Origin: an uncultured Planctomycetaceae bacterium
Lineage (GTDB): Bacteria > Planctomycetota > Planctomycetia > Pirellulales > UBA1268
Direction: 5' to 3'
Length of the DNA: 44,861 nucleotides
NCBI GenBank assembly: GCA_963923225.1
Contig: CAWUOA010000001.1
Span: 1 to 44,861, forward strand
Shown here: piece by piece, positions 17,682 through 26,758 of the stretch
Position numbering within the stretch: position 1 is the stretch's first letter
How the letters are laid out: the number at the start of each line of letters is the position of its first letter
The notes under the pieces: model-generated
What the model saw: the letters and a program-made list of their open reading frames with translations, nothing else
Database searches by the model: none
Told to the model about the DNA's origin: nothing
Program-made: the position numbers and the translations under genes

Positions 17682-18779
17682 ATGGCCTGGCAGGGAATCG
17701 AGGGGCACGACGAGGTGGCCGCGCGGTTCGTCGCCGCCTTCGAGCGCGGCCGGATCGCCGGCACGTACCTCTTCATCGGGCCGGAGGGGGTGGGGAAGCG
17801 CGGCTTCGCGCTGGCATTGGCCAAGGCGCTCGTGTGCCTCGCGCCCCGCCCGGGGCTCCTGCCCTGCGGCGCGTGCGCCTCCTGCATCCAGGCCGCGGCC
17901 GGCAGCCACCCCGACATCGACGTGGTGTCGAAGCCGGAGGACCGGGCCACGATCCCGCTGGAACTCCTCATCGGCGACCGGGAGAACCGGATGCGCGAGG
18001 GACTCTGCTGGCGGATCCTCCTCAAGCCCGCGCTCGGCCGGCGGAAGGTGGCGATCCTCCTCGACGCCGACAGCCTGGCGGAGGAGGGGGCCAACTGCCT
18101 TCTCAAGACCCTCGAAGAGCCGCCGGACGGGGCGGTGATCGTCCTGGTGGGCACGGCGCTCGAACGCCAACTCCCCACGATCCGTTCGCGGTCGCAGATC
18201 GTGCGCTTCGCCCCCCTTCCCGAGTCGGTGGTCGCCGGGGCGCTGCGCCGGGGCATCGCCTCCGGCACGATCGACGGCACGGGCATCGACGACGCTGCCA
18301 TCGCGGCGGCGGCGGCCCGGTCCGGCGGGAGCGTCGACCGGGCATGTCTCCTCCTCGACGCCGAAACCGCACGCTTCCGCACGCGGCTGCTCTCGATGCT
18401 CTCCGCCCGTCCTCTCCACGGCGTCGATCTCTCTCGCGAGGTGCAGGCGGTGGTCGAGGCGGCGGGCAAGGAAGCCCCGCCCCGGCGGGCGCGGCTGCGC
18501 GTCGTGCTCGGGGCGGCGCTCGACTTCTTCCGGGCGGCGCTGCGTCACGACGCGGGTGCCGAGGGGGGCGTGGATCCCGGGCCCGGCGTGCCGGTCACGG
18601 ATGCCGACCTGACGGCCGCCGTGCGCCGCTGGCAGGGGACGGCGGACGAGGCGGCCGAGGGACTGCGAATCGGGCTCGACGCCCTCGACGGCATCGACCG
18701 CAATGCCCATCTGCCGACCCTGGTCGACGCTTGGACCGCCAGGCTCGAACAGGCGTTCCGACCGGGCACGCGCGGGTGA
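17682..18779 (+). CDS. holB: DNA polymerase III delta-prime subunit
   Basis: ATG 17682 gives MAWQGIEGHDEV...GTYLFIGPEGVGKRGFALALAKALVC, a zinc-module-like CGACASC, and NCLLKTLEEPP (the clamp-loader SRC/sensor region). tmk-holB is the classic gene order. Confidence 0.85.
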   Translation: MAWQGIEGHDEVAARFVAAFERGRIAGTYLFIGPEGVGKRGFALALAKALVCLAPRPGLLPCGACASCIQAAAGSHPDIDVVSKPEDRATIPLELLIGDRENRMREGLCWRILLKPALGRRKVAILLDADSLAEEGANCLLKTLEEPPDGAVIVLVGTALERQLPTIRSRSQIVRFAPLPESVVAGALRRGIASGTIDGTGIDDAAIAAAAARSGGSVDRACLLLDAETARFRTRLLSMLSARPLHGVDLSREVQAVVEAAGKEAPPRRARLRVVLGAALDFFRAALRHDAGAEGGVDPGPGVPVTDADLTAAVRRWQGTADEAAEGLRIGLDALDGIDRNAHLPTLVDAWTARLEQAFRPGTRG

Positions 18780-18980
18780 GATCCGCCCTTCCCGCTCCGG
18801 CACGGCCCCATCTCCTGGGCGGTGCCGCCGCGGTGTGAAGCTGCGGAAGCTGCGGAATGTGCAGGCGTCGTCCCGACCGGATCGATTTTTCCCTCCGTGC
18901 CTGTCGATCTGACGACGAGGCGGGAACATTCGGCTCGTACGGCAGGGTCTTCCGGGGCCCTCCAGAGGCACGGGACGCGC

Positions 18981-21428
18981 ATGGCAGTCAGGGCGGCAGG
19001 ACGGGGCGTGGCGGCGGCGTTCCTCGGCGGCCTGGTGGCCGTCGCGGGGGCGGGTCTCGTCGGCACCGCGATCCATGCCGGCTCCCCCGCCTCGGTGCTC
19101 GATCCCGCGGCCCGGCCACGCCCGCCTCGACGCGTTCCCCCGGCGGTGCCTGCGGTGGCGCCTCGGCCCGACGCACCGGCACGCTTTCCCGGCGCGGCAC
19201 CTGCCGCCGTCGGTGTTCATGACGCGGGAGACGTGGAAGGCGCGGTCGTCGCCGTGGCGTACTCGCCGGACGAAGGCGCGACAGACGACGCGGCGGTGGT
19301 GCCGCTGGTGGAGCCGAAACCGGCCACCGAGCCGCGTGGGCTTCTCGCCGGCGACCGGGCCCCCGACGGCGACGCGCTCGAGACGATCGGCTCCGGCGTG
19401 CCGCAACTCGACGGCCCGGGCGATCACCGCCGCGGGCCGATCGCCACCTGGATCCGCGATTCGTTCGAGGAGATGCGCGCCTCCCGGGGGAGCGTCGTCC
19501 CCTTCCCGCAGCGGCAGGCCACGGCGGGAAACGGACGGTTGATCGACCGGATCCGCTCCGGCGAGCGGATTCTCGGCCGCGATCGCGGCGACACCAAGGG
19601 GCCGCACGAGCAGGCCCGCGCCCGCGGCTGGCCGGCCCCGGCGACGCTGCTCGAACAGCTCGAGCAGGTGGCGAAGACCGAGCCGGCTCCCTCCTCGGGC
19701 TGGGCGACGGACACGCTGGCACTGGTGCGCCGCGTGGCGGCCACCGAGGGTCCGGGCGACGCCGACGCAGCCGCCGCACTGGAGGCGTTCCGCACGGCGA
19801 TCACCTCGGGGCTGGCCCTGGCCGACGCCGCCGCGGCGAAGGGCGACTCCGGCGGCGCCGCCAACCTCCGCCGGGCGGTGCTCGCCGCGAGGCGGCGCGA
19901 GGCGGTGTGGAGCGCCGCCATCCCCGCGGCCGGCGGCGCGGACGACGCGCCGACGGAGTCGTCCGCCGAACGGGTCGCCGACCTGCTCGCCCGGCTCGAG
20001 CGCTACGAATCCTCGCCGACCCCCGCCGAAGGGGCGGCGATCGTGGCGGTGCTGTCGGGGCTCGAGAGCGGCGGCGCGCCCGCCGCGGCGCTCGCCGCGG
20101 CGGTCCGCGAGCAGTACATCGCGGCCAATGTCCGTGTCGCCATCCACCAGAAGTTCGTCGAACGCGTGCTCCCGCCGACGCAGGTCACGTCGGCGCCGGT
20201 CGACGACACCGTCCTCGGCCGGCAGGTGCGTGGGACGAGCCGGGTGGAGCAGCGCACCGCGGTGCGATTCACCCCGGACGCCGACGGCATCTCCGTGCTC
20301 CTCGAGGTGCGGGGGCAGGTGGCGTCGCGCACGGTGACCGAGACCGGCCCGGTGGCACTGGTCTCCAAGGGGAACTCGTCGTTCACCGTCCGCAAGCCGG
20401 TGTCGCTCGACGACGGTGGGCTGAGTCTGGGGAAGTCACGCGGCTCGGCGTCGTCGCGCTCGCAGCTGGCGGACATCCAGACCACGTTCGACGGTGTCCC
20501 GATCATGCGGTCGCTGGTGCGCAACATCGCCCGCAACCAGCACGAGGAGCACCTTCCCGAGGCCAACCGGGAGGTGATCGACAAGATCGTCTCCCGCGCC
20601 TGCCGCGAGGTCGATCAGCAGGTCGAACCGCGCCTGGTGGAGGCGGCGGAGCGGATCCGCACGCAGGCCTGGGGGCCGCTCGTTCGCCTCGGCCTCGAAC
20701 CGACCCCAGTCAACCTCGAGACCTCCGGTGGCATCGCCATGGCGCGGCTGCGGCTCGCGGCCGACGACCAGCTCGCCGCCTTCACGCCGCGGCCGCGGGC
20801 CCCGCTCGGTTCGATGCTCTCGCTCCAGGTGCACGAATCGGCGATCAACAACGCGCTGGAGCGCCTCGACCTCGCCGGCCGGCGGCTGCCGCTGGAGGAC
20901 CTGGTCCATCTGCTCTGCGACAGGGCCGGCGTCGATCGGCGTTCGCCGGACGACCTCCCGGAGGACGTGGTCGTCGGGTTCGCCGCCTCGCAGCCGCTGC
21001 GGGTGCAGTACCGCGACGGCCTGGTGCACATTCGCGTGGCACTCGATTCGCTCGAGAGTGGCCGCCGGCAGTGGAACGACATCGTCGCCAGCGTCAGCTA
21101 CCGCCCCAAGGCGGCCGACCCGCAACTGTTCCTCGAGCGCGAGGGGCCGGTCCACATCGGCGGAGCCGGCAGGCAGGGGCGGGCCGAGATCGCCCTCCGC
21201 GCCGTTTTCGGCAAGATCTTCCCCAAGGAGAGGCCGTTGCCACTCCTGCCGGAGGCGTTCGTCGAAGATCCCAAGCTCGCCGACCTGAAGGTTCTTCAGG
21301 CGACCGCCACCGATGGCTGGATGGCGATCTCCCTCGGCGAGTCACCGACGCCGGCCGAGCGCCCCGCCGCGGCGGGAAAAGTGGCCTCCCCGCAACACTC
21401 CGGCCCGCGTCGCACCAAGCGCCGCTGA
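18981..21428 (+). CDS. large membrane-anchored hypothetical protein (no domain recognised)
   Basis: I prefer ATG 18981, which gives a basic N-terminus plus a TM segment (MAVRAAGRGVAAAFLGGLVAVAGAGLVGTAI). A Pro/Ala-rich linker is followed by about 600 aa of mixed alpha/beta sequence. Coding-like periodicity holds throughout. Confidence 0.6.
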   Translation: MAVRAAGRGVAAAFLGGLVAVAGAGLVGTAIHAGSPASVLDPAARPRPPRRVPPAVPAVAPRPDAPARFPGAAPAAVGVHDAGDVEGAVVAVAYSPDEGATDDAAVVPLVEPKPATEPRGLLAGDRAPDGDALETIGSGVPQLDGPGDHRRGPIATWIRDSFEEMRASRGSVVPFPQRQATAGNGRLIDRIRSGERILGRDRGDTKGPHEQARARGWPAPATLLEQLEQVAKTEPAPSSGWATDTLALVRRVAATEGPGDADAAAALEAFRTAITSGLALADAAAAKGDSGGAANLRRAVLAARRREAVWSAAIPAAGGADDAPTESSAERVADLLARLERYESSPTPAEGAAIVAVLSGLESGGAPAAALAAAVREQYIAANVRVAIHQKFVERVLPPTQVTSAPVDDTVLGRQVRGTSRVEQRTAVRFTPDADGISVLLEVRGQVASRTVTETGPVALVSKGNSSFTVRKPVSLDDGGLSLGKSRGSASSRSQLADIQTTFDGVPIMRSLVRNIARNQHEEHLPEANREVIDKIVSRACREVDQQVEPRLVEAAERIRTQAWGPLVRLGLEPTPVNLETSGGIAMARLRLAADDQLAAFTPRPRAPLGSMLSLQVHESAINNALERLDLAGRRLPLEDLVHLLCDRAGVDRRSPDDLPEDVVVGFAASQPLRVQYRDGLVHIRVALDSLESGRRQWNDIVASVSYRPKAADPQLFLEREGPVHIGGAGRQGRAEIALRAVFGKIFPKERPLPLLPEAFVEDPKLADLKVLQATATDGWMAISLGESPTPAERPAAAGKVASPQHSGPRRTKRR

Positions 21429-21540
21429 GCGCTGTGACCCCCCCGGCCCACAGGACCGGGTCCGCCCCGGCGAGGGCCCCTCTCCAGAGGGACGTCCTCG
21501 GGTGGTGCATCGCCGTTTTTCGCTCGATTCCGCGGTTTCC

Positions 21541-21570
21541 TTGCGACCGCCAATTCGTAAGGTGTATCTT
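21541..21570 (+). promoter_or_regulatory. candidate promoter of the glycan operon (TTGCGA - 18 nt - TATCTT)
   Basis: TTGCGA at 21541-21546 and TATCTT at 21565-21570 lie in the most AT-rich intergenic stretch of the window, about 135 nt upstream of the NusG-paralog start. Confidence 0.25.
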
Positions 21571-21704
21571 GGACGATGGCCAAAGCCACTCCGACGGCGC
21601 CGCCCCGTTCGGCGCAACTCCAATCTTATCAGACACTTCCATACATCTCGGGGAGCAATCTCACTTGCCACCCACGGGAACGGAGTCCGCGCGGAGGCTT
21701 TCCG

Positions 21705-22265
21705 ATGCCGCTTCTTCCCCGCGAGCCGGACATCTACCCGGCGAACCTCCTCGAGCCCGCGGAGAACTCCCCGGAACCCGGCAGGAAATGGCTGGCTTTC
21801 TACACGCTCGCGCGGCGCGAGAAGGACTTGGCCCGGAGACTCGCAGCACTGCGAGTCCCGTTCTACGCGCCCCTGGTGAAGCGACGGGTCAAATCGCCGG
21901 GTGGGCGAACGAGGGAATCGTTCGTTCCGCTCTTTCCCGGATACGTCTTCGCCAGGGTCGACGACGATCAGCGCCGCCTGACGTTGGCCACCAATACGAT
22001 CGCCCGCTGGCTCCCCGTCGGCGACGAGACGGTCCTTCTGGACGACCTCCGCTCGATCAAGCGTCTCATCGACGCGGGTGTTCCGCTCACACCGGAGGCG
22101 CGGCTCGAAGCCGGGCATCGCGTCCGTGTGCGGAGCGGACCGTTCCTCGGCCTGGAGGGCACGGTCGTCGAGCGGCGCGGCCGGCAGCGGCTCCTGGTGA
22201 CGGTTCGGTTCCTCAACCAGGGGGTGTCGATCGAACTGGAGGACGTGGAACTCGAGCCACGATGA
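21705..22265 (+). CDS. specialised NusG paralog (RfaH/UpxY/LoaP-like operon-specific antiterminator)
   Basis: ATG 21705 with GGAGG at 21693-21697 (7-nt spacer). NGN-like domain (WLAFYTLARREKDLARRL...PLFPGYVFARV) and KOW motif (GHRVRVRSGPFLGLEGTVVE). It is the first gene of a 23-kb co-directional polysaccharide cluster. Confidence 0.85.
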   Translation: MPLLPREPDIYPANLLEPAENSPEPGRKWLAFYTLARREKDLARRLAALRVPFYAPLVKRRVKSPGGRTRESFVPLFPGYVFARVDDDQRRLTLATNTIARWLPVGDETVLLDDLRSIKRLIDAGVPLTPEARLEAGHRVRVRSGPFLGLEGTVVERRGRQRLLVTVRFLNQGVSIELEDVELEPR

Positions 22266-22338
22266 TCGTGTCCCCGGGCCGCGTCACGGCGCGGCGCGGC
22301 GATATCTCCGCCCCCGGCGGGGAGGCGGGTGCCACCCC

Positions 22339-24081
22339 ATGAAGACGATCGCGAAACTCTGGGCCATGCTCGAGCCCGCGGAGAAGGTCTCCGCCGCGGG
22401 GCTCCTCGTGTGGATGCTGATCAGCATGCTGCTGGAGATGGTCGGCCTCGGCCTGGTCATACCCGCCCTGACGCTGATGGCCGGCGGCAGCGATTCCGGG
22501 ATGCTTCGCCACCTGCCGCCGTCGCTGCAGTGGATCGGCGGCGTCGATCGCTCCACGTTGCTCTTCTGGGGGCTCGGCGCGCTGCTCCTGCTCTACCTGG
22601 TCAAGGCCGCGTTCGTCCTGTTCGCCGTCTGGAGACAGCTCAAGTTCATCGAGCGACTGCAGAATCGCGTCGCGGAGCGGTTGTTCACCGTCTATTTGGG
22701 TCAGCCCTGGACCTTCCATCTCCAGCGCAATTCCGCCTCCCTGATTCGCGTCATCAACGACGTCACGCCGATGGCGGGCACGGTCACGTTCCTCCTCGGG
22801 GCGCTTGCGGAATCACTCGCCGTGGTGGGCATCATGGCGACGCTCCTGTGGTTCGAACCGGTCGGCGCCCTGGTGGTGGGCGCGCTGGCGACGGCCGCCA
22901 CGTTCGTCCTCGACCGTGTCACGCGAAAGCGACTGGTCCGCTGGGGGGGCATCGCCCAGCAGCATCACACCCAGAGTTCCAAACACATGCTGCAGGGACT
23001 CAACGGCGTGAAGGACGTCATCGTCGCCGGTGTCGAGAAGGGGTTCATCGAGCCGTTCGTCGCCAACCGCTCGCGGTACGTCCAGATTCTCACCCGCCAG
23101 AACTTCATCGGGGCGATTCCGCGGATTTGGTACGAGATTCTCGCCATCGGATCGCTCTGCGTGCTCACCCTGGTGCTTCACGCGCAGGGCCTCGGCCCGC
23201 AGGAGATGATCCCCACGCTCGGGCTGTTCGCCGCGGCGTCCTTCAAGATGCTCCCCTCGGTCAATCGACTCGCCCAGGCGACCCAGGCGATGCGTTTCGG
23301 AAAGGCGCTGATCGACGAGATCCACTCCGAACTCCAACTCTCCGCCCGGCCGATTCCGGAGTGTTCATCCGCGGCGCCGATGCGGTTCGAGGACACGATC
23401 GCGGTCGAGTCCGTCACCAGTCGTTATCCCGGCGCCGATCGCAACGCCCTCGAGAACGTCTCGTTCACGATTCCGCAGGGCGCCTCGGTCGGAATCGTCG
23501 GGGGGAGCGGCGCTGGGAAGAGCACCCTCGTGGACGTCATCCTCGGCCTGATCGCGCCGCAGGAAGGACGCGTGACGGTGGACGGGGTCGACATCGCGAC
23601 CGACGTGCGGGGCTGGCAGAGACTCGTCGGTTACGTCCCCCAGTCGATCTACCTCTGCGACGATTCGCTGCGGCGGAACGTGGCCTTCGGAGTACCCGAG
23701 GATCGCTTCGACCAGGCGGCGTTCGACCGAGCGATCAAGGCGGCACGCCTCGACGATTTCATGGCGACCCTTCCCGAAGGCGAGCACACGATGGTCGGCG
23801 AGAGGGGCGTGCGGCTTTCCGGGGGGCAGCGGCAGCGGATCGGCATCGCGAGGGCCCTGTACCACGACCCCCCCGTGCTCGTTCTCGACGAGGCGACCAG
23901 CGCCCTCGACACCGACACCGAGCGGGACGTGATGCACGCGGTCAATGCCCTCCATGGCCAGAAGACGCTGATCATCATCGCCCACCGCCTGACCACGGTC
24001 GCCAACTGTGACAGGGTGTACCGATTCGAACACGGCCGATTGATCGCTGCCGGTACGTTTTCCGAGGTCTGCGCCGGATGA
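22339..24081 (+). CDS. fused TMD-NBD ABC exporter (MsbA/PglK-like half transporter)
   Basis: 580 aa. Six predicted N-terminal TM helices. Walker A GGSGAGKST, signature LSGGQRQR, Walker B VLVLDEATSALD, H-loop IIAHR. Confidence 0.92.
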   Translation: MKTIAKLWAMLEPAEKVSAAGLLVWMLISMLLEMVGLGLVIPALTLMAGGSDSGMLRHLPPSLQWIGGVDRSTLLFWGLGALLLLYLVKAAFVLFAVWRQLKFIERLQNRVAERLFTVYLGQPWTFHLQRNSASLIRVINDVTPMAGTVTFLLGALAESLAVVGIMATLLWFEPVGALVVGALATAATFVLDRVTRKRLVRWGGIAQQHHTQSSKHMLQGLNGVKDVIVAGVEKGFIEPFVANRSRYVQILTRQNFIGAIPRIWYEILAIGSLCVLTLVLHAQGLGPQEMIPTLGLFAAASFKMLPSVNRLAQATQAMRFGKALIDEIHSELQLSARPIPECSSAAPMRFEDTIAVESVTSRYPGADRNALENVSFTIPQGASVGIVGGSGAGKSTLVDVILGLIAPQEGRVTVDGVDIATDVRGWQRLVGYVPQSIYLCDDSLRRNVAFGVPEDRFDQAAFDRAIKAARLDDFMATLPEGEHTMVGERGVRLSGGQRQRIGIARALYHDPPVLVLDEATSALDTDTERDVMHAVNALHGQKTLIIIAHRLTTVANCDRVYRFEHGRLIAAGTFSEVCAG

Positions 24082-24147
24082 CCTCCACGTTCCTCGGCGA
24101 AGACGCCGGCGGGGGACGGCTCCTTCCTCCATGTCGTTTCGGCGTGC

Positions 24148-25731
24148 ATGCACCCGACGACAACCACTGCTGAGAATCCCATGTCGACAGCCAGCGTGTT
24201 CGCCCATCCGGGCGTCCCCTACCCCCCTGGGGTGGCCGTGGGCGAGATGACGTCGCCGACGCGGGCCCCCCTCAACGCCGCCCGCATCGCGAAGGACGCC
24301 GCCCTCACCCTGGCGCTCGTCCTTCTCAACCTCGGCGGCATTCCCGGCTCCTCGATCTTCTTCGCGATCCTGACGGTGATGGTGTTCTGGAAGCCTTCAG
24401 CCGCCTACAAGGCGGTCCTCATCAGCGCCCTGGGCCTGATCCTCAACGAAGCCTTCGTACCCAAGACGGTCGTCTGGACCGTGGCGCGACTCGTCCTGCC
24501 GATGCTCGCCTGTGCACGCTTTCTGATCGATCTTGCCGCCACGCGCGGCGGCGGGGCCGGTGGCATGAAAGGCACCTACGCGACGCTCATGGTGTACGTC
24601 TTCACCATGGCGGCCTGCAGTTTCGCGAGCGGATGGTACACCCACATCGCGCTGCTCAAGCTCTTCAACTTCTGGATTCTCATGACCATGGTGTTCGCCG
24701 GAACGGCCGTCTTGCGCCGCACCAAGGTCGATCTCAGCGAATGGGTGGTGTCACAGATCGTCGCGACCGCGGTCGTCGGCGTCGCCGCCGTGGCGACCGG
24801 CCAGAGCCGCAACTTCCTCGTCTACCGTCTGCGCGACACCGACATCGCGATTTCGGATTCGCTCTTCAACGGCGCGTTCCTGCACCCCAACGCCCACGCC
24901 GCCTACGCCTCGTTGTTCGTGATCTTTCTGGTGAGCATCTACCTTTTCTCGCACTACCGCCAGCGGTTGCTCACGCTCCCGCTGATCGCGACTTGGTTGA
25001 TCTTCATGGTCTATTCGCAATCGCGGACGTCGCTGTTCGCGACGGCGGTTCCCCTCCTCGTCGTCCTGCCTTTCGAAGCCAGGAAAGTGGTTCGTGACGG
25101 AAGGCTGTTCAAGCCCCACGTCTCTCGCGCCACGCTCGCGGCTGCGGCGATGGTGATGGCCTGCGGACTGCTGATCCTCGACGTCGCGGCGGATCGCGTG
25201 GTGACGAAGCAGGCGGTCATGTTCCTCCACAAATGGGACCAGACGGAGACCACCGAGCTCAGCACCGAGACGATGCTCAGTTCACGGCAGGGAAAAATCG
25301 ACGAATCGATGGCCAACTTTCGCGAGAACCCCTGGCACGGAATCGGTTTCGGCGTGGCGAAGAACGACTTTTTCGTACAGGGGGCGACGTTGTTCACGGC
25401 GCCGGCGGAGAAGGGATTCCTCATTTCCGCGGTGCTGGAGGAGGGGGGAATCTTCGGAGCGGCTGCGTTCGTCCTGTTCCTGCTGACGATGGTCGTGAGC
25501 TTGGTGCGGTCACACAACGTTCCGGCGCTGCTCACGCTGGCATGCATGATCGTTTCGAACTTCGGCGAGGTGACGCTGTTCGCCCCCGGCGGTTCCGGCA
25601 CCTTTCTTTGGATGATGTTCGGACTGGCGGTCATTCTCGGTGACCATTGCTGGCAGAAGCCGCTGCCGCCGCGGACCGCCTCCGCCCCCGGCGGAATGCG
25701 TGCGGCCATCGCCCCGAACATGGCGGCTTGA
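24148..25731 (+). CDS. polytopic O-antigen ligase / Wzy-family (Wzy_C-like) membrane protein
   Basis: 527 aa with at least 10 hydrophobic segments and a large loop region (SRQGKIDESMANFRENPWHGIGFGV), typical of WaaL/Wzy/PglL-type proteins. ATG 24181 is an alternative start. Confidence 0.7.
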   Translation: MHPTTTTAENPMSTASVFAHPGVPYPPGVAVGEMTSPTRAPLNAARIAKDAALTLALVLLNLGGIPGSSIFFAILTVMVFWKPSAAYKAVLISALGLILNEAFVPKTVVWTVARLVLPMLACARFLIDLAATRGGGAGGMKGTYATLMVYVFTMAACSFASGWYTHIALLKLFNFWILMTMVFAGTAVLRRTKVDLSEWVVSQIVATAVVGVAAVATGQSRNFLVYRLRDTDIAISDSLFNGAFLHPNAHAAYASLFVIFLVSIYLFSHYRQRLLTLPLIATWLIFMVYSQSRTSLFATAVPLLVVLPFEARKVVRDGRLFKPHVSRATLAAAAMVMACGLLILDVAADRVVTKQAVMFLHKWDQTETTELSTETMLSSRQGKIDESMANFRENPWHGIGFGVAKNDFFVQGATLFTAPAEKGFLISAVLEEGGIFGAAAFVLFLLTMVVSLVRSHNVPALLTLACMIVSNFGEVTLFAPGGSGTFLWMMFGLAVILGDHCWQKPLPPRTASAPGGMRAAIAPNMAA

Positions 25732-25759
25732 CGGCTGGCACGGGTTGCAAGTGCACACC

Positions 25760-26758
25760 ATGTCACACACGACGGAAGACGCCTCCCGCCATGGGGGAGG
25801 CCAGGGACACATCGCCGTTCTTGTCCTCTGCTTCAACGACTCGAAATGGCTCCATCGATGCCTGACGAGCCTCTTGGCGACGAAGGACGAGCACTTTTCC
25901 GTGTACGTCATCGACAATGCGTCGGTCGACGGGAGCGTGGATTTCGTCACGTCGAACTTCCCCCAGGTGCGGGTGGTGAGGAACTCGCGCAACCTCGGGT
26001 TCGCCGCCGGCAACAACGAGGGAATCCGCGTCGCCGTGGAAGACGGGGCCGATTTTCTCGTCCTCCTCAACACCGACACCTGGGTGGAGGAGAACTGGCT
26101 CACGGAACTACGGAAACCGTTCGCCGCGGACCCGTCGATCGGTGTCGTCACCGCGATGATCGAGAACTACGACAACGACCGCTTCGACAAGAATTTCTCG
26201 CAGATCCTGGCCGCCACGCCGGAGTTCATCCAGGACGCCTGGGATGGACGGGTCAAGCCCTGGTACCACACCGACACGGGATCCGGCGCGGCGCTGATGG
26301 CTCGACGGTCGTTCTACGAGGACGTCGGCGTCATCGATCCGGTGTTCTTCATGTACTTCGAGGAGATCGATCTGATCCGCAGGGGCCGCTACCTGGGGTA
26401 CAAGGCCGCGTTCAGCACGACGGGGGTGATCCACCACCACAACCACCTCGAAACGCCGACCGCTGGAAGGCCGACGAAGGCGCGTTTCGAACGTGGCTAC
26501 ATGATCTTCACCCTCAAGAACCAGTTCGAACCCCTCGCGAAGTGCATCATCAAGTTCCTGCTCGAAGTCGTGTCCAGACCGGTGGGTGCGATCCTCAAGG
26601 GACAATGGAAGCGCACGTTGACGCTGCTCGGCACCGGCGCCGAGCTCCTCGTCCGCAGCCCGGCGATCCTCTATCGAAGGCATCTGGAGATGCACTCGCC
26701 CTCCCGGTTGCCGGAAATGCGCTGGCTGCGGCCTGGAACGGGGCGGACCCGTGACTGA
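25760..26758 (+). CDS. family-2 glycosyltransferase
   Basis: ATG 25760. AVLVLCFND...VIDNASVDGS...NLGFAAGNNEG...DFLVLLNTD (DxD) is the GT-A GT2 signature. Confidence 0.88.
   Translation: MSHTTEDASRHGGGQGHIAVLVLCFNDSKWLHRCLTSLLATKDEHFSVYVIDNASVDGSVDFVTSNFPQVRVVRNSRNLGFAAGNNEGIRVAVEDGADFLVLLNTDTWVEENWLTELRKPFAADPSIGVVTAMIENYDNDRFDKNFSQILAATPEFIQDAWDGRVKPWYHTDTGSGAALMARRSFYEDVGVIDPVFFMYFEEIDLIRRGRYLGYKAAFSTTGVIHHHNHLETPTAGRPTKARFERGYMIFTLKNQFEPLAKCIIKFLLEVVSRPVGAILKGQWKRTLTLLGTGAELLVRSPAILYRRHLEMHSPSRLPEMRWLRPGTGRTRD

Noticed and set aside
18837-18857. Tandem repeat GAAGCTGCG x2.3 in the holB-downstream spacer. A tandem heptamer CACACGA x2 occurs at 28082-28095, followed by T6.
   Set aside because: Only two copies each. 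Both are too short to be a CRISPR array, VNTR or recognisable operator and are most likely chance or slippage products. The T6 at 28096-28101 has no preceding hairpin, so it is not called a terminator.
21472-21520. Possible intrinsic terminator after the 815-aa gene: an 11-bp GC-rich hairpin at 21472-21498 and a T5 run at 21516-21520.
   Set aside because: The U-tract lies 17 nt downstream of the stem rather than adjacent, so it does not meet the canonical rho-independent geometry. It may still act as a pause or processing site, but I do not call it a terminator. A similar hairpin without a U-tract lies at 18799-18826.
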